A stretch of 64,000 nucleotides of DNA from Spirochaetia bacterium. Its GTDB lineage: Bacteria; Spirochaetota; Spirochaetia; DSM-2461. Every line of letters starts with the position of its first letter. Position 1 is the first letter of the stretch. Made by a program: the position numbers and the translations under genes. The notes under the pieces were generated by a model. It was not told where the DNA came from and ran no database searches. It was given only the letters and a program-made list of their open reading frames with translations. The stretch spans positions 4,864,001 through 4,928,000 of the forward strand of contig OY764216.1 of the NCBI GenBank assembly GCA_963668315.1. Direction: 5' to 3'. Below are positions 30,785 through 40,517 of this stretch, one piece after another.

Positions 30785-32166
30785 ACCCTTTCCCTCCTTT
30801 TCAATTCTTTCAGTCCGAAGACATATAATATTCCGACCAGGACCAGCGAACATCCGTCGGAGACACTCGAGCTGTACAGGACGCCGTCCAATCCGAAAAA
30901 GCGGGGAAGGATAAACAGGGCGGGAATGAGGAAGAGCCCGTTCCTGCTCAGGGAGATCATGGTGGCCTTTCCCGGTCTGCCGATGGCCGAATAGTACATG
31001 GAGGCCAGTGTCTGGAAACCGAGGCTGAAAAGGAAAACCTTCCCCTTTCTCACGGCCCGAATGCCGTATTCCGCCAGCGCCGGGTCATGGCTGTTGAATA
31101 GCAGGAAAATCTGCCGGGGGAAAAGCATCAAGACAATCCATAGGGCCAGGGTGATCACCGATGCGATGAGCTGGCCGATGAAGGATGCCGATCTGACCCG
31201 CCGGTAATCCTCTCCGCCGTAGTTGAATCCTATTATCACCGACAGGGCGTTGTTCATGCCCATGATGAACATAATAGCCAGATTTTCAAGGGACATGATG
31301 ACCGAAACGGCCGCGATGGCCCGCTCCCCTCCCCCGGAACCGAGCTCCCCGTTGCCGTAGGACATCAGATTATGATTGATAAGGATATTATTGACAAAAC
31401 TGAGCCCCTGAAAAACGGCCGGCGCTGTCCCCAGGAGGAGGACGGTCTTCATCCTGTCCGGATGAATATCCTTCAGGCCGGTCCATTTTATCGTGCTCCG
31501 CCCCTGAAGGAAGTAGAGAAATCCCAGGGCGCATCCCGTAATCTGGCTCGCCACGGTGGCAAGGGCCGCTCCTTCCAGTCCCCTCCCCAGCATGACGACC
31601 ATCACATAATCGAGGAGTATATTCAGAAGGGCGCCCGTCACGGTGATAACCATGGCGTAATCCGTATTTCCCTCTGCCCGGACGGCGGCGGCCATGGAGA
31701 GGTTGATCACCATGAAGAACATGCCCACCGAGGTGATTTTCAGGTAGGAGAAGCCCATGGCGAAGAGCGGCGTATTCCGGATGCCCCCGCAGAGGGAAAC
31801 GAAGAAGCCCGTAAAAGTTCTGAAGAGGAAAGCCAGCACAAAGGCCAGCACAAAGGCGAGAACCATCATATTGGTAAAGGAGGCGTCCGCGCTCTCCCCG
31901 TCCTCCTTTCCCAGGGCCCGGGACATAAGGGCGCTCCCTCCGATGACAAGCATGACGGTCAGGGCGGAAGTGATGTTGTTCAGAGGGAAAACCAGTCCGA
32001 TCCCGCCGAGCGCATCGGTGCCGATATACTGGCCGACGAAGAAACGGTCGGCAAGGTTATAGAGGGCATTGACGATATTGGCGCAGACAGCGGGAACGGA
32101 CATCCTGATGATCAGGGGAAACATATTCATATTCCTCATGCTGTCCAGGGGACTGATTTTCTTCAT
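30778..32166 (-). CDS. MATE-family efflux transporter (MepA-like)
   Basis: YNLADRFFVG, RAEGN, NILLD, GAALAT motifs; multiple TM segments. Confidence 0.92.
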   Translation of the reverse strand: MKKISPLDSMRNMNMFPLIIRMSVPAVCANIVNALYNLADRFFVGQYIGTDALGGIGLVFPLNNITSALTVMLVIGGSALMSRALGKEDGESADASFTNMMVLAFVLAFVLAFLFRTFTGFFVSLCGGIRNTPLFAMGFSYLKITSVGMFFMVINLSMAAAVRAEGNTDYAMVITVTGALLNILLDYVMVVMLGRGLEGAALATVASQITGCALGFLYFLQGRSTIKWTGLKDIHPDRMKTVLLLGTAPAVFQGLSFVNNILINHNLMSYGNGELGSGGGERAIAAVSVIMSLENLAIMFIMGMNNALSVIIGFNYGGEDYRRVRSASFIGQLIASVITLALWIVLMLFPRQIFLLFNSHDPALAEYGIRAVRKGKVFLFSLGFQTLASMYYSAIGRPGKATMISLSRNGLFLIPALFILPRFFGLDGVLYSSSVSDGCSLVLVGILYVFGLKELKRRERVW

Positions 32167-32305
32167 GTAGCTATAAGAGCATTAAACAAAATATTAGTCA
32201 AGTGTAATTTTCCAATTATTTATTCCTTCTTTTATTTATATTAGCGCTATATTTTATACTTATATGTCAATTTTTAATATTATTTTTCCCATTCCCGGTT
32301 GACTT

Positions 32306-32321
32306 ATTATACATGTATAAT
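32306..32321. promoter_or_regulatory. Perfect 16-bp palindrome ATTATACATGTATAAT; candidate TetR operator in the divergent promoter region
   Basis: Palindrome lies between the MATE/opp operon and the dehydrogenase-tetR genes. Confidence 0.55.
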
Positions 32322-32370
32322 TTATGGTTTGAAGGAAATACAGCTAAAACAGCCATGGAGGCCGTAATAA

Positions 32371-33381
32371 ATGAAAGTCCTGGCCCTTTACGGGGATTCC
32401 ACAAGCGAAGACCTCACCGTTGATGAAGTTCTGGAACAATGGAAGTGTCTGGAAGAGATTCCCGGTGTGGAACTGAAACTCCGGTATTACAGCAAGTTTC
32501 CCAGCCCCGAGGAGTTCAACTCTCTGGTGGATGAGGATACGGAAGCCCTCCTCGGCGTCTGGATTATGAAAGATTTCCTGAACAGGGATTTCTACGACCG
32601 CCATCCCCGGCTGAAGTATATCGCCGGTCTGGCCCACGGTTACCAGCAGCTAGACTGGGAACTCAGCCGGTCCCGGGGAATTGTGATTACCAATACGACC
32701 TACGGGGAACATACCATCGCGGAGTATACCATGGCCCTCCTCCTGGAAATCTGCAAAAGGACCGAGAAAAGCTGCCGCTACGTCCGAAACAGGGAGTGGG
32801 AAAAATGCGAAGGCAGATCCTACATGTACGCTCCGTCAAAGCAGATTGAGCTATACGGAAAAACCTTCGGGCTTATCGGCCTGGGAAAAATCGGCTACAA
32901 CACGGCGCGGTTGGCCCATGCATTCGGAATGAAGGTTCTCGCCTATAACAGGACAGCAAAAACCGGGCCGGACTACGATTTTATCGAGCAGTGTCCCCTG
33001 GATAGGGTTCTTGAGCAATCTGACATTATTTCCCTCCATATTGCGCTGAACAGCGGCACTCACCATTTCATCAACGGGGACGCCGTCGCGCGGATGAAGG
33101 ATGGGGTGATCATAATCAACACGGGCCGGGGGGCCCTTATTGATGAAGCGGCTCTGGTCGCCGGTCTGAAATCGGGGAAAATCTATGGAGCCGGTCTGGA
33201 CGTGATGGAACAGGAACCCCCTGCCGAGGGGAACCCCCTCCTTAACTGCGAAAACGCGCTCATAACTCCCCATATAGCCTGGCTTCCCAAGACCTGCAGA
33301 ATACGGCAGATTTCCATGGCCGTGGATAATTTCCTCGCCTACCTGGGCGGAAATCCGGAGAGCGTTATCAATGGGAAGTAA
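32371..33381 (+). CDS. D-isomer-specific 2-hydroxyacid dehydrogenase
   Basis: GLIGLGKIG, INTGRG, LDV..QEP, TPHIAW. Confidence 0.93.
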   Translation: MKVLALYGDSTSEDLTVDEVLEQWKCLEEIPGVELKLRYYSKFPSPEEFNSLVDEDTEALLGVWIMKDFLNRDFYDRHPRLKYIAGLAHGYQQLDWELSRSRGIVITNTTYGEHTIAEYTMALLLEICKRTEKSCRYVRNREWEKCEGRSYMYAPSKQIELYGKTFGLIGLGKIGYNTARLAHAFGMKVLAYNRTAKTGPDYDFIEQCPLDRVLEQSDIISLHIALNSGTHHFINGDAVARMKDGVIIINTGRGALIDEAALVAGLKSGKIYGAGLDVMEQEPPAEGNPLLNCENALITPHIAWLPKTCRIRQISMAVDNFLAYLGGNPESVINGK

Positions 33382-33441
33382 AAAAGCCATTCCGCTTTCT
33401 AGATTATTACCTATTAATTATATATCCTTAAGGAGTTGATC

Positions 33442-34101
33442 ATGGCAAAATATCCTAAGGGCATTCAGACAAAGAACAGAATTATTTTAACCGCCAGGAG
33501 ACTTTTTTTTGAAAAGGGCTTCCAGGAAGTGACAATCAGGGAGATTGCCTCCGAATCGGATGTCAACCTGGGTCTGATCAACTACTATTTCAAGGGAAAA
33601 GCCGAAATCGGCATGAACGTTTATAACGACATACGTAATGTTTTCAATGAAACAATCGCCCGGCTGGTTCCCGGAATGAGCGGAGTCGATTATTTCCTTA
33701 TTAATAGCGCGGTGGAACTTCTCCTGAGCCTTAAAAATGAGAAATACGGAAAGTTCTACCTGCTCATGTCCGGCAATAAGTTTTTCAAGGAAGAGATCAA
33801 TAGCATTATCGTCGACACCCTTCTGAAGTATTCCACCCAGGAGGACACGAAGAACTCCGCCATTCTCTCCAGTCTCAGCATCATGTCGACTAAACCGGCC
33901 ATTGTCGAATACGCCCTGAGAAATCCGGGGATGATGGCCATCGATATCTATCTGAGGTATTACCTGGAAGCCCAGCTATATCAGTTCGGCATGGCTACGG
34001 CCAGAGCCCAGGAATACATAGGCATTCTGCACCAGTTCCATATCGACGTGGGGGACAGCTTCGTTCCCGTGATGGTTCCCATCCCCGGCGGAAAGCTCTG
34101 A
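33442..34101 (+). CDS. TetR/AcrR-family regulator
   Basis: LFFEKGF.EVTIREIA...NLGLINYYFKGK HTH. Confidence 0.9.
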   Translation: MAKYPKGIQTKNRIILTARRLFFEKGFQEVTIREIASESDVNLGLINYYFKGKAEIGMNVYNDIRNVFNETIARLVPGMSGVDYFLINSAVELLLSLKNEKYGKFYLLMSGNKFFKEEINSIIVDTLLKYSTQEDTKNSAILSSLSIMSTKPAIVEYALRNPGMMAIDIYLRYYLEAQLYQFGMATARAQEYIGILHQFHIDVGDSFVPVMVPIPGGKL

Positions 34102-34151
34102 CATCCGGCGAAGATTATCTTCGGGGACCGGAGTCACAATTCTCTATTTCG

Positions 34152-36359
34152 TCATTCCGGTTCATGCTTATAGCTTACGGAATTGGCCGTGTCGTGTATC
34201 TTTTCCAGCTGCAGGGTCAGGTAAAGTCCCGCCATGACATAGGAGGAGGTGAAATTCCTCTTATGAACGGAAACGATATTGGCCCTTAGCGGCTCATAGG
34301 GTTCCAGAAGGCTCATATTCTTGCACCGGTTCCGGCACCAGCTCCAGAGGGCCGGATAATTTCGGCCGTTCATATCTTCCTGCAGCAGGTTAAACTCTTC
34401 TTCACTCATCTGAATATCGGCCAGCTCATCGAGCAGAGCATCGAATCCGCCTTGCTCGGAAAGGTTCAGCTCGTAGAAAAAGTCCTCGATGGGGGGCTGG
34501 AAAGACTGCCTCCTGCAACCGATAATCATCAGACTCTGAACGAATCGGTAGCTCTCCTGGGGAGAGGCCAGGCGGAATATGGCGTCCCAGTACCTGCCGT
34601 TTTTCTCTATCAGCGAAAGGGCAATGATAAAGTTGATTCGGGACCTTACGTCCAGGCTGTCCCTCAGGAGAAACTCCTCTATCTTGTCACGGATGGAGAA
34701 GTCTCCTATCCGGGCCAGGGATTTGGCGGCCACCGAACAGAGATAGGGATATTTCTCCCTCATGATTTTCCTCAGGGCGTTCTGGGATTTTTCCGTTTTA
34801 TAGGCCCCCAGAGCAAAGATCGCCGACTGGCGCCACCAGGAATGGGCGTCCATGGCTTCCTCAATCAGATCATCTTCCAGCTCGGGGCGGGGGCAGGAGA
34901 AAAGGGAACGGAGGACCATCTCCTTATCCCTGAGCGTGGGCTTTCGCATCCGCCTTCGTATTTCCTGGGTAGCCAGATGGCTCTGATCGAATTCCAGCTC
35001 AATAAGAATGCTCTCCTTTTTCGCATCGTCACTGACCCTTTTGAGCATGTCGATATTGTGTATGGTGCGTAAATTCTTCGGGTTGGATATGACCGTCAGC
35101 AATTCATTGGCCGTAAGACTTCCCCCCTCCTTCAGATAAAGGGACAGACAGAAATTGACAAGGGCCAGTACGCCCATGAGCCCGAAGGAGAGGGAGTATT
35201 CATGGGGAACGGAGAAAGGAAGACGGGGAGTCAGGTCGGCCAGAGCCCCGCCGGCAAGCCCCACCCCCAGAGAGACGAAGGAGAAAACCACGGAAATGGC
35301 CGAGGAAAAGCCGACCCTGTCGTTCGCAGGGATGGTGTTTATGACCAGACGGTCGAGAAGCAGCCGTATCATCCCTATGAAAAACATGGAAATAAAACCC
35401 ATGAGAAAATAGATCCACAGGGAGAGGAATGAATCTCCCAGAAACCAGAGGACCGATAAAACGATGATGACCAGATTGACGATGGTGATCATGGGCTTGC
35501 TGCCGAAGCGGTCAAGAAAAGGCCGGACGAGGCGGGACGATATGATAACACCCAGATAGTTCATTGTCATGAAAATGAAGATCAGGTTGGAAGGGACATT
35601 GAGTGTCTTCCTCAGAAAGGGGGTGGAAAAATTAAAGAGAACGATGAGGGACATTCCGCCGCAGTAAAGGAGGATAAAGAGAAGATGCTGGGGTGTTTTC
35701 ATATAGTGGGCAAAAGTCCTCAGCGATTCGGCCAGGTTCTGCTTTTTGATCCGGTCTTCCACGGGGACTCTTTTGATGGCGAAGGATGATGCCGTATTGA
35801 GCAGGATTCCCGCACCCAGCAGTATCAGTATTCCCGTCAGTTCATCCAGGCCCGGCAGGCTGAGGACACCGAAACTTATGAAGCGGGAAAGCATCATGGA
35901 TGTATAGAGAAATATGATGACCCGGGAGGAGTATTCCCCCCTTTCCGATGTCTTTGTTATGATTCCCTGGATCACCGGATTCAGAGGATAGGCGATATTC
36001 CGCAAAAGGCAGTACACCGTATAGATCAGAACGATAAGGATGACGGCTTTGTCCGCCGACATGTAGGGGGTGAATCCGTAGAATCCGCAGATGAGCCCCC
36101 GGATCATCCAGGCGAAGAAGAAAAGGGTTATGATTTTCACATTGGGAAACAAACGGGGCACAAAGAAAATAACAACCCCCGTAAGGTAGACAGCCGATGA
36201 GATATATCCCAGAGTCAGGTTTCCGGCGCCGAAGTGAATCGCCAGAAGGTAGATAATGGTTTCCGCCAGAAAGCTGTAGCCCAGCCCATTAATAAAGACA
36301 TAGGTGATATAATTTCTCTGACCTTCCAGCTTTTTCGTTCTCGAGATATACATAATCAA
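34152..36359 (-). CDS. MFS transporter fused to a C-terminal HEAT-repeat-like domain
   Basis: About 12 TM segments with DRFGSKP, then a soluble helical region (RQSAIFALG, AAKSLARIG). Confidence 0.75.
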   Translation of the reverse strand: MIMYISRTKKLEGQRNYITYVFINGLGYSFLAETIIYLLAIHFGAGNLTLGYISSAVYLTGVVIFFVPRLFPNVKIITLFFFAWMIRGLICGFYGFTPYMSADKAVILIVLIYTVYCLLRNIAYPLNPVIQGIITKTSERGEYSSRVIIFLYTSMMLSRFISFGVLSLPGLDELTGILILLGAGILLNTASSFAIKRVPVEDRIKKQNLAESLRTFAHYMKTPQHLLFILLYCGGMSLIVLFNFSTPFLRKTLNVPSNLIFIFMTMNYLGVIISSRLVRPFLDRFGSKPMITIVNLVIIVLSVLWFLGDSFLSLWIYFLMGFISMFFIGMIRLLLDRLVINTIPANDRVGFSSAISVVFSFVSLGVGLAGGALADLTPRLPFSVPHEYSLSFGLMGVLALVNFCLSLYLKEGGSLTANELLTVISNPKNLRTIHNIDMLKRVSDDAKKESILIELEFDQSHLATQEIRRRMRKPTLRDKEMVLRSLFSCPRPELEDDLIEEAMDAHSWWRQSAIFALGAYKTEKSQNALRKIMREKYPYLCSVAAKSLARIGDFSIRDKIEEFLLRDSLDVRSRINFIIALSLIEKNGRYWDAIFRLASPQESYRFVQSLMIIGCRRQSFQPPIEDFFYELNLSEQGGFDALLDELADIQMSEEEFNLLQEDMNGRNYPALWSWCRNRCKNMSLLEPYEPLRANIVSVHKRNFTSSYVMAGLYLTLQLEKIHDTANSVSYKHEPE

Positions 36360-36720
36360 TGGTCCCCGCGGCAGGACACGCTCTCCTTTAAAATCTCATC
36401 AAACCCCGTACCCGGTCATTTCTCCGGTCCGGGAATTCTCCCAGTTCCCTGCACTTGTCTAACCTACCTTAATTGACGGCTCAGAATCAACCGGAAAGGT
36501 TGATTAAAATGCCCATGTCCGCGTTTTCTCTCTCGAAGGGCCCTACGATTTTCCCCGGGCCATACATCTGCCCCTTCCTTTTCGTATACTCCGGGGAGAC
36601 CGCACACCGGATTTTCCCCGGTGAGAGAAGCGGGAATGGAGGCCAAATGATTGACACAGCTCAAATAAAGTTATATGAAATGCATATCATTCCCATCGTT
36701 AAAAGAGGTGATTCTTCAAG

Positions 36721-37209
36721 ATGGATTCGAAGAAACTGGATAATAAAACCCCTGTCGGGTGGAGAGAATGGATTTCCCTTCCTGAATGGAACATCAAATA
36801 CATCAAGGTAAAAGTGGATACCGGGGCAAGGACCTCTTCTCTTCATGTTACAGACGTTGAATATTTTGAGAGAGAGGGGGAGAGCTGGGTGCGTTTCACC
36901 CTGTATCCCTGGCAGAAATCCATTAACGACCGGGAAAGTGTCGAAGCAAAAATCATCACCCATAAGGATGTGAGGAGTTCATCGGGATATCTGGAGAAAA
37001 GGCCTGTCGTAAGGACGACCCTTGTCGTCGCGGGGAGAACCATTCAGGCCGAGATAACCCTCACGAACAGGGATAAGATGGGGTTCCGCATGCTCCTGGG
37101 CAGGGAAGCGATAAGAAGCAGTTTCTCGGTGATACCGGGATTATCCTATTTAGGGGGGAAACCACCCCTTGAGATTAGAAAATTGAACAATAAGAGGATT
37201 AAGAATTGA
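36721..37209 (+). CDS. RimK-associated retropepsin-like protease (RimB/'ATP-dependent zinc protease' family)
   Basis: GWREW, KVDTGARTSSLH, MGFRMLLGR. Confidence 0.9.
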   Translation: MDSKKLDNKTPVGWREWISLPEWNIKYIKVKVDTGARTSSLHVTDVEYFEREGESWVRFTLYPWQKSINDRESVEAKIITHKDVRSSSGYLEKRPVVRTTLVVAGRTIQAEITLTNRDKMGFRMLLGREAIRSSFSVIPGLSYLGGKPPLEIRKLNNKRIKN

Positions 37210-37258
37210 TTATAGATATTGTCGGAAATGATGATCATTCCACCTTACGGGAGCAGAA

Positions 37259-38431
37259 ATGAAATTAGCGATTCTATCAAGATCCCCCCATTCTTACAGT
37301 ACATCAAGATTAAAAGAAGCGGCTCTGGAGAGAGGGCATAACTGCAAGGTTCTCAACACCCTGCGCTTTGCCATCGACCTGTCGGGAGATTCGCCGGACC
37401 TGCAGTTCCGGGGGAGGAAACTCTCCTTCTATGATGCCATACTGCCCAGAATAGGGACATCCATCGGGTATTTCGGAACGGCCGTGGTAAGGCAGTTCGA
37501 ACAGATGGATGTTTATACGCCCAATACGGCAACGGGTATTTCAAACTCCCGGGACAAACTGCGTTCCACCCAGATTCTCTCGCGCCATGATATCGGAATT
37601 CCGGCGACCACCTTTGTCCGGGATCTCAAGGACATCAAGCCGGCCATAGCCAGAGTGGGAGGAGTTCCGGTCGTTATCAAGCTTCTGGAAGGCACCCAGG
37701 GAATAGGCGTTATCCTTGCGCCGGAGCTGAAGATTGCCGAAGCGATTGTAGAAACCCTTCAGAGTACGAAGCAGAATGTGCTCATACAGAAATTCATTTC
37801 AGAAAGCAAAGGCAGGGACATACGCGCTCTGGTTGTGGGAGACCGAGTGGTCGGCGCCATCAGGCGAAAGGCGAAGGGGGACGAATTCCGTTCCAACGTC
37901 CACAGGGGCGGATCGACGGAGGCCATCAAGCTCGATCCTGTCTATGAGAGAACGGCAATCAGAGCCGCCCAGATCATGGGGCTGAAAGTGGCGGGAGTCG
38001 ACCTTCTCGAGGGAAACGACGGCCCCCTGGTCATGGAGGTGAATTCATCTCCCGGCCTGGAAGGGATAGAAAAGGCAACGGGTCTCGATATCGCCGGTTC
38101 CATCATCGATTATATCGCCAACCAGGTGGATTTTCCCGAGCTGGATGTCAGGCAGAGGCTGACGATCAGTACGGGATACGGCGTGGCCGAACTGCTGGTG
38201 AAAGAGGACAGTCACCTGGTGGGCAAAAAAATCAGCGAATCCGATCTCAAAGAGAACGACATCACCATCCTGACGCTTCATCGGGATACGGAGGTTTATC
38301 CCAATCCGAAGGATGATAAGATTCTGGAGCCCCATGACCGGCTGCTCTGTTTCGGCCGTCTGGAATCCATGCGGTCCATGATACCGAAGAGAAGCAAACA
38401 GGGTCAGAAAATCAAAAAGCTGCACCCATGA
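37259..38431 (+). CDS. rimK: RimK-family alpha-L-glutamate ligase with a C-terminal TrkA-C domain
   Basis: PRIG, KLLEGTQGIGV, FRSNVHRGG, EVNSSPGLEGIE; RCK-C tail. Confidence 0.92.
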   Translation: MKLAILSRSPHSYSTSRLKEAALERGHNCKVLNTLRFAIDLSGDSPDLQFRGRKLSFYDAILPRIGTSIGYFGTAVVRQFEQMDVYTPNTATGISNSRDKLRSTQILSRHDIGIPATTFVRDLKDIKPAIARVGGVPVVIKLLEGTQGIGVILAPELKIAEAIVETLQSTKQNVLIQKFISESKGRDIRALVVGDRVVGAIRRKAKGDEFRSNVHRGGSTEAIKLDPVYERTAIRAAQIMGLKVAGVDLLEGNDGPLVMEVNSSPGLEGIEKATGLDIAGSIIDYIANQVDFPELDVRQRLTISTGYGVAELLVKEDSHLVGKKISESDLKENDITILTLHRDTEVYPNPKDDKILEPHDRLLCFGRLESMRSMIPKRSKQGQKIKKLHP

Positions 38432-38462
38432 CTTCAGCGGATCAAAGAGGAAGCCGGGAACT

Positions 38463-39191
38463 ATGACCAGCGATGAAATTGCCGCCTGTCTGATAAATCT
38501 GGGAGATAAGGAACGGGCGGACCATTCCCTGAGATTCTTCAAAACCGCCGAAGGGGAGTACGGGGAAGGCGATCGATTCCTGGGGATTAGAGTCCCCGTC
38601 CTACGGGAAAAGGTAAGGCAGTTCAGAGAGGCCGATCTCTCCGCAGCGGAAGAGCTGCTCCGTTCTCCCTGGCATGAAGTCAGGCTCTTTGCCGTGTTTC
38701 TGCTGGTGGATAAATTCCGGAGAAAAAAGCCGGACCTGAAAGCCGAGATCATGAAAGTCTTTACCGCGAATCTGGATAGAATAAATAACTGGGATCTGGT
38801 GGACAGCTCGGCCCCCTGCCTGACCGGACCCTGGTTCTGGGAGAATGACCGCTCCCTTCTGGGAACCTGGGTGAAGAGCGATTCCCTCTGGCTCAGAAGA
38901 ATCGCGGTCATGTCTACTTTCTACTTTATCAAGCAGAATCACTACGAAGAGACCCTGGCCTTCTGCGAAGAACTTCTCGATGACCGGGAAGATCTTATTC
39001 ACAAGGCAACGGGCTGGATGCTCAGGGAGATAGGGAATCGGGACAAAAAAACCGAAACCGATTTTCTGGAAAAGTTCCATACCCGAATGCCCCGGACCAT
39101 GCTCCGCTATGGCATAGAGAAGTTTCCTGCGGAGGAACGGAAATCCTGGCTGGCCGGAGAAATTCCCCCGTCAGCCGGAACATCCGCTTAG
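38463..39191 (+). CDS. DNA alkylation repair protein (AlkD-like)
   Basis: GEYGEGD.FLG, NNWDLVD, KATGWMLRE, MPRTMLRY. Confidence 0.92.
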   Translation: MTSDEIAACLINLGDKERADHSLRFFKTAEGEYGEGDRFLGIRVPVLREKVRQFREADLSAAEELLRSPWHEVRLFAVFLLVDKFRRKKPDLKAEIMKVFTANLDRINNWDLVDSSAPCLTGPWFWENDRSLLGTWVKSDSLWLRRIAVMSTFYFIKQNHYEETLAFCEELLDDREDLIHKATGWMLREIGNRDKKTETDFLEKFHTRMPRTMLRYGIEKFPAEERKSWLAGEIPPSAGTSA

Positions 39192-39193
39192 CC

Positions 39194-40360
39194 TTAAAGG
39201 CACATCCTGTAGATTTTTTCCACGTCATCGGGTGTCAGTTCCCTGAACCCTTTTATGACGCTTCCCCGGCAGGCTTTCCCGGCCATTACCTTGAAATTCT
39301 TTTCGTCGATTCCTATTTCGGAAAGGGTGCTCTTGAGGCCGAGATCCTTAAAGAAGAAATCGTATAGCCTCTTGATAGCCTTTCTCGCTCCCTCCCTTTC
39401 GGGAAGGGACGCATCCAGCCCGAGCACATTAACGCCGAAGGCCTTGAACTGCGCCGCATTCGTTTCGTCCAGGATATACTCCATCCAGCGGGGGATGAGA
39501 ATCGCCAGGCCCAGACCGTGGGTGATATCGTAGAAAGCGGAAAGCTCGTGTTCCATGGCGTGGTTGCTGGCCCCTTCGAAACCTCCGCATTGCAGAAAAT
39601 CGTTGAGGGCCCAGGAGGACGCCCACATAAGGTTGGCCCTCGCCTCATAGTTATCCGGTTCCTTCAGGGCGACGGGAGCAAATTTCACTACGGTTTTCAG
39701 TACATCCTCCTGGATACGGCTCAGCATGTCCATTACGGGCCGCTTGGAAAAATAGGCCACATCGATGATATGGGCCATGATATCCACCGAACCGCAGGCC
39801 GTCTGGAAGGGACTGACGGTGAAGGTCACCCGGGGGTCGAGGAACGAGACTTTCGGACGCAGTAGGGGGTGCTGCAATCCGTACTTCTCATGGGTTTCGA
39901 TATTGCTGATGACACCGCCCATATCCATTTCGGAACCGGTGGCGGAAAGGGTCAGAACCGTAACAAGGGGCAGAGCATTGGTGACGGGAGCTTTTTTAAC
40001 AACAAGGTCCCAGCTGTCTCCTTCGTAGAAAGCCGCGGCGGCTATCGCCTTGGAGCAGTCTATGGTGGAGCCGCCCCCCACGGCGAGGATGACGTCGATC
40101 TTCTCTTTTTTACAGAGATCGGCGCCCCTGTTTACGGTGGTGTGCCGGGGATTCGGCTCGATCCCCGCTAGTTCAAAGACGGTCAGCCCAGCCTTTTCCA
40201 TCTCCGTTGAGACCCTGCCGTAAAGGCCGTTTTTCTTAATGGATCCGCCCCCATAGGTCAGCAGGACCTTTTTCCCGAAATTTTTCAGCGTCTCCCCCAG
40301 ATGATCCAGCTGATCGCCGAAGTAAACCCGTGTGGTGTTCTCAAACATAAAGTTATACAT
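39194..40360 (-). CDS. Iron-containing alcohol (NADH-dependent butanol) dehydrogenase
   Basis: YGGGSIKKNG, GGGSTIDCSK, ATGSEM, HAMEHELS..HG.GL. Confidence 0.93.
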   Translation of the reverse strand: MYNFMFENTTRVYFGDQLDHLGETLKNFGKKVLLTYGGGSIKKNGLYGRVSTEMEKAGLTVFELAGIEPNPRHTTVNRGADLCKKEKIDVILAVGGGSTIDCSKAIAAAAFYEGDSWDLVVKKAPVTNALPLVTVLTLSATGSEMDMGGVISNIETHEKYGLQHPLLRPKVSFLDPRVTFTVSPFQTACGSVDIMAHIIDVAYFSKRPVMDMLSRIQEDVLKTVVKFAPVALKEPDNYEARANLMWASSWALNDFLQCGGFEGASNHAMEHELSAFYDITHGLGLAILIPRWMEYILDETNAAQFKAFGVNVLGLDASLPEREGARKAIKRLYDFFFKDLGLKSTLSEIGIDEKNFKVMAGKACRGSVIKGFRELTPDDVEKIYRMCL

Positions 40361-40517
40361 GATTATTTCTCCTTTCCATAAACTTTCCCTGTCTGCTGAC
40401 TTTAACTATAAGCTCATGGTGCGGAAATATCAGCCTTAAGGTGAGTATTTTAATCCGATCGTCCCTATATGATTGATTAATTCATCGCTCAGTTCTACTT
40501 TATACCGGGAGTGCTTA

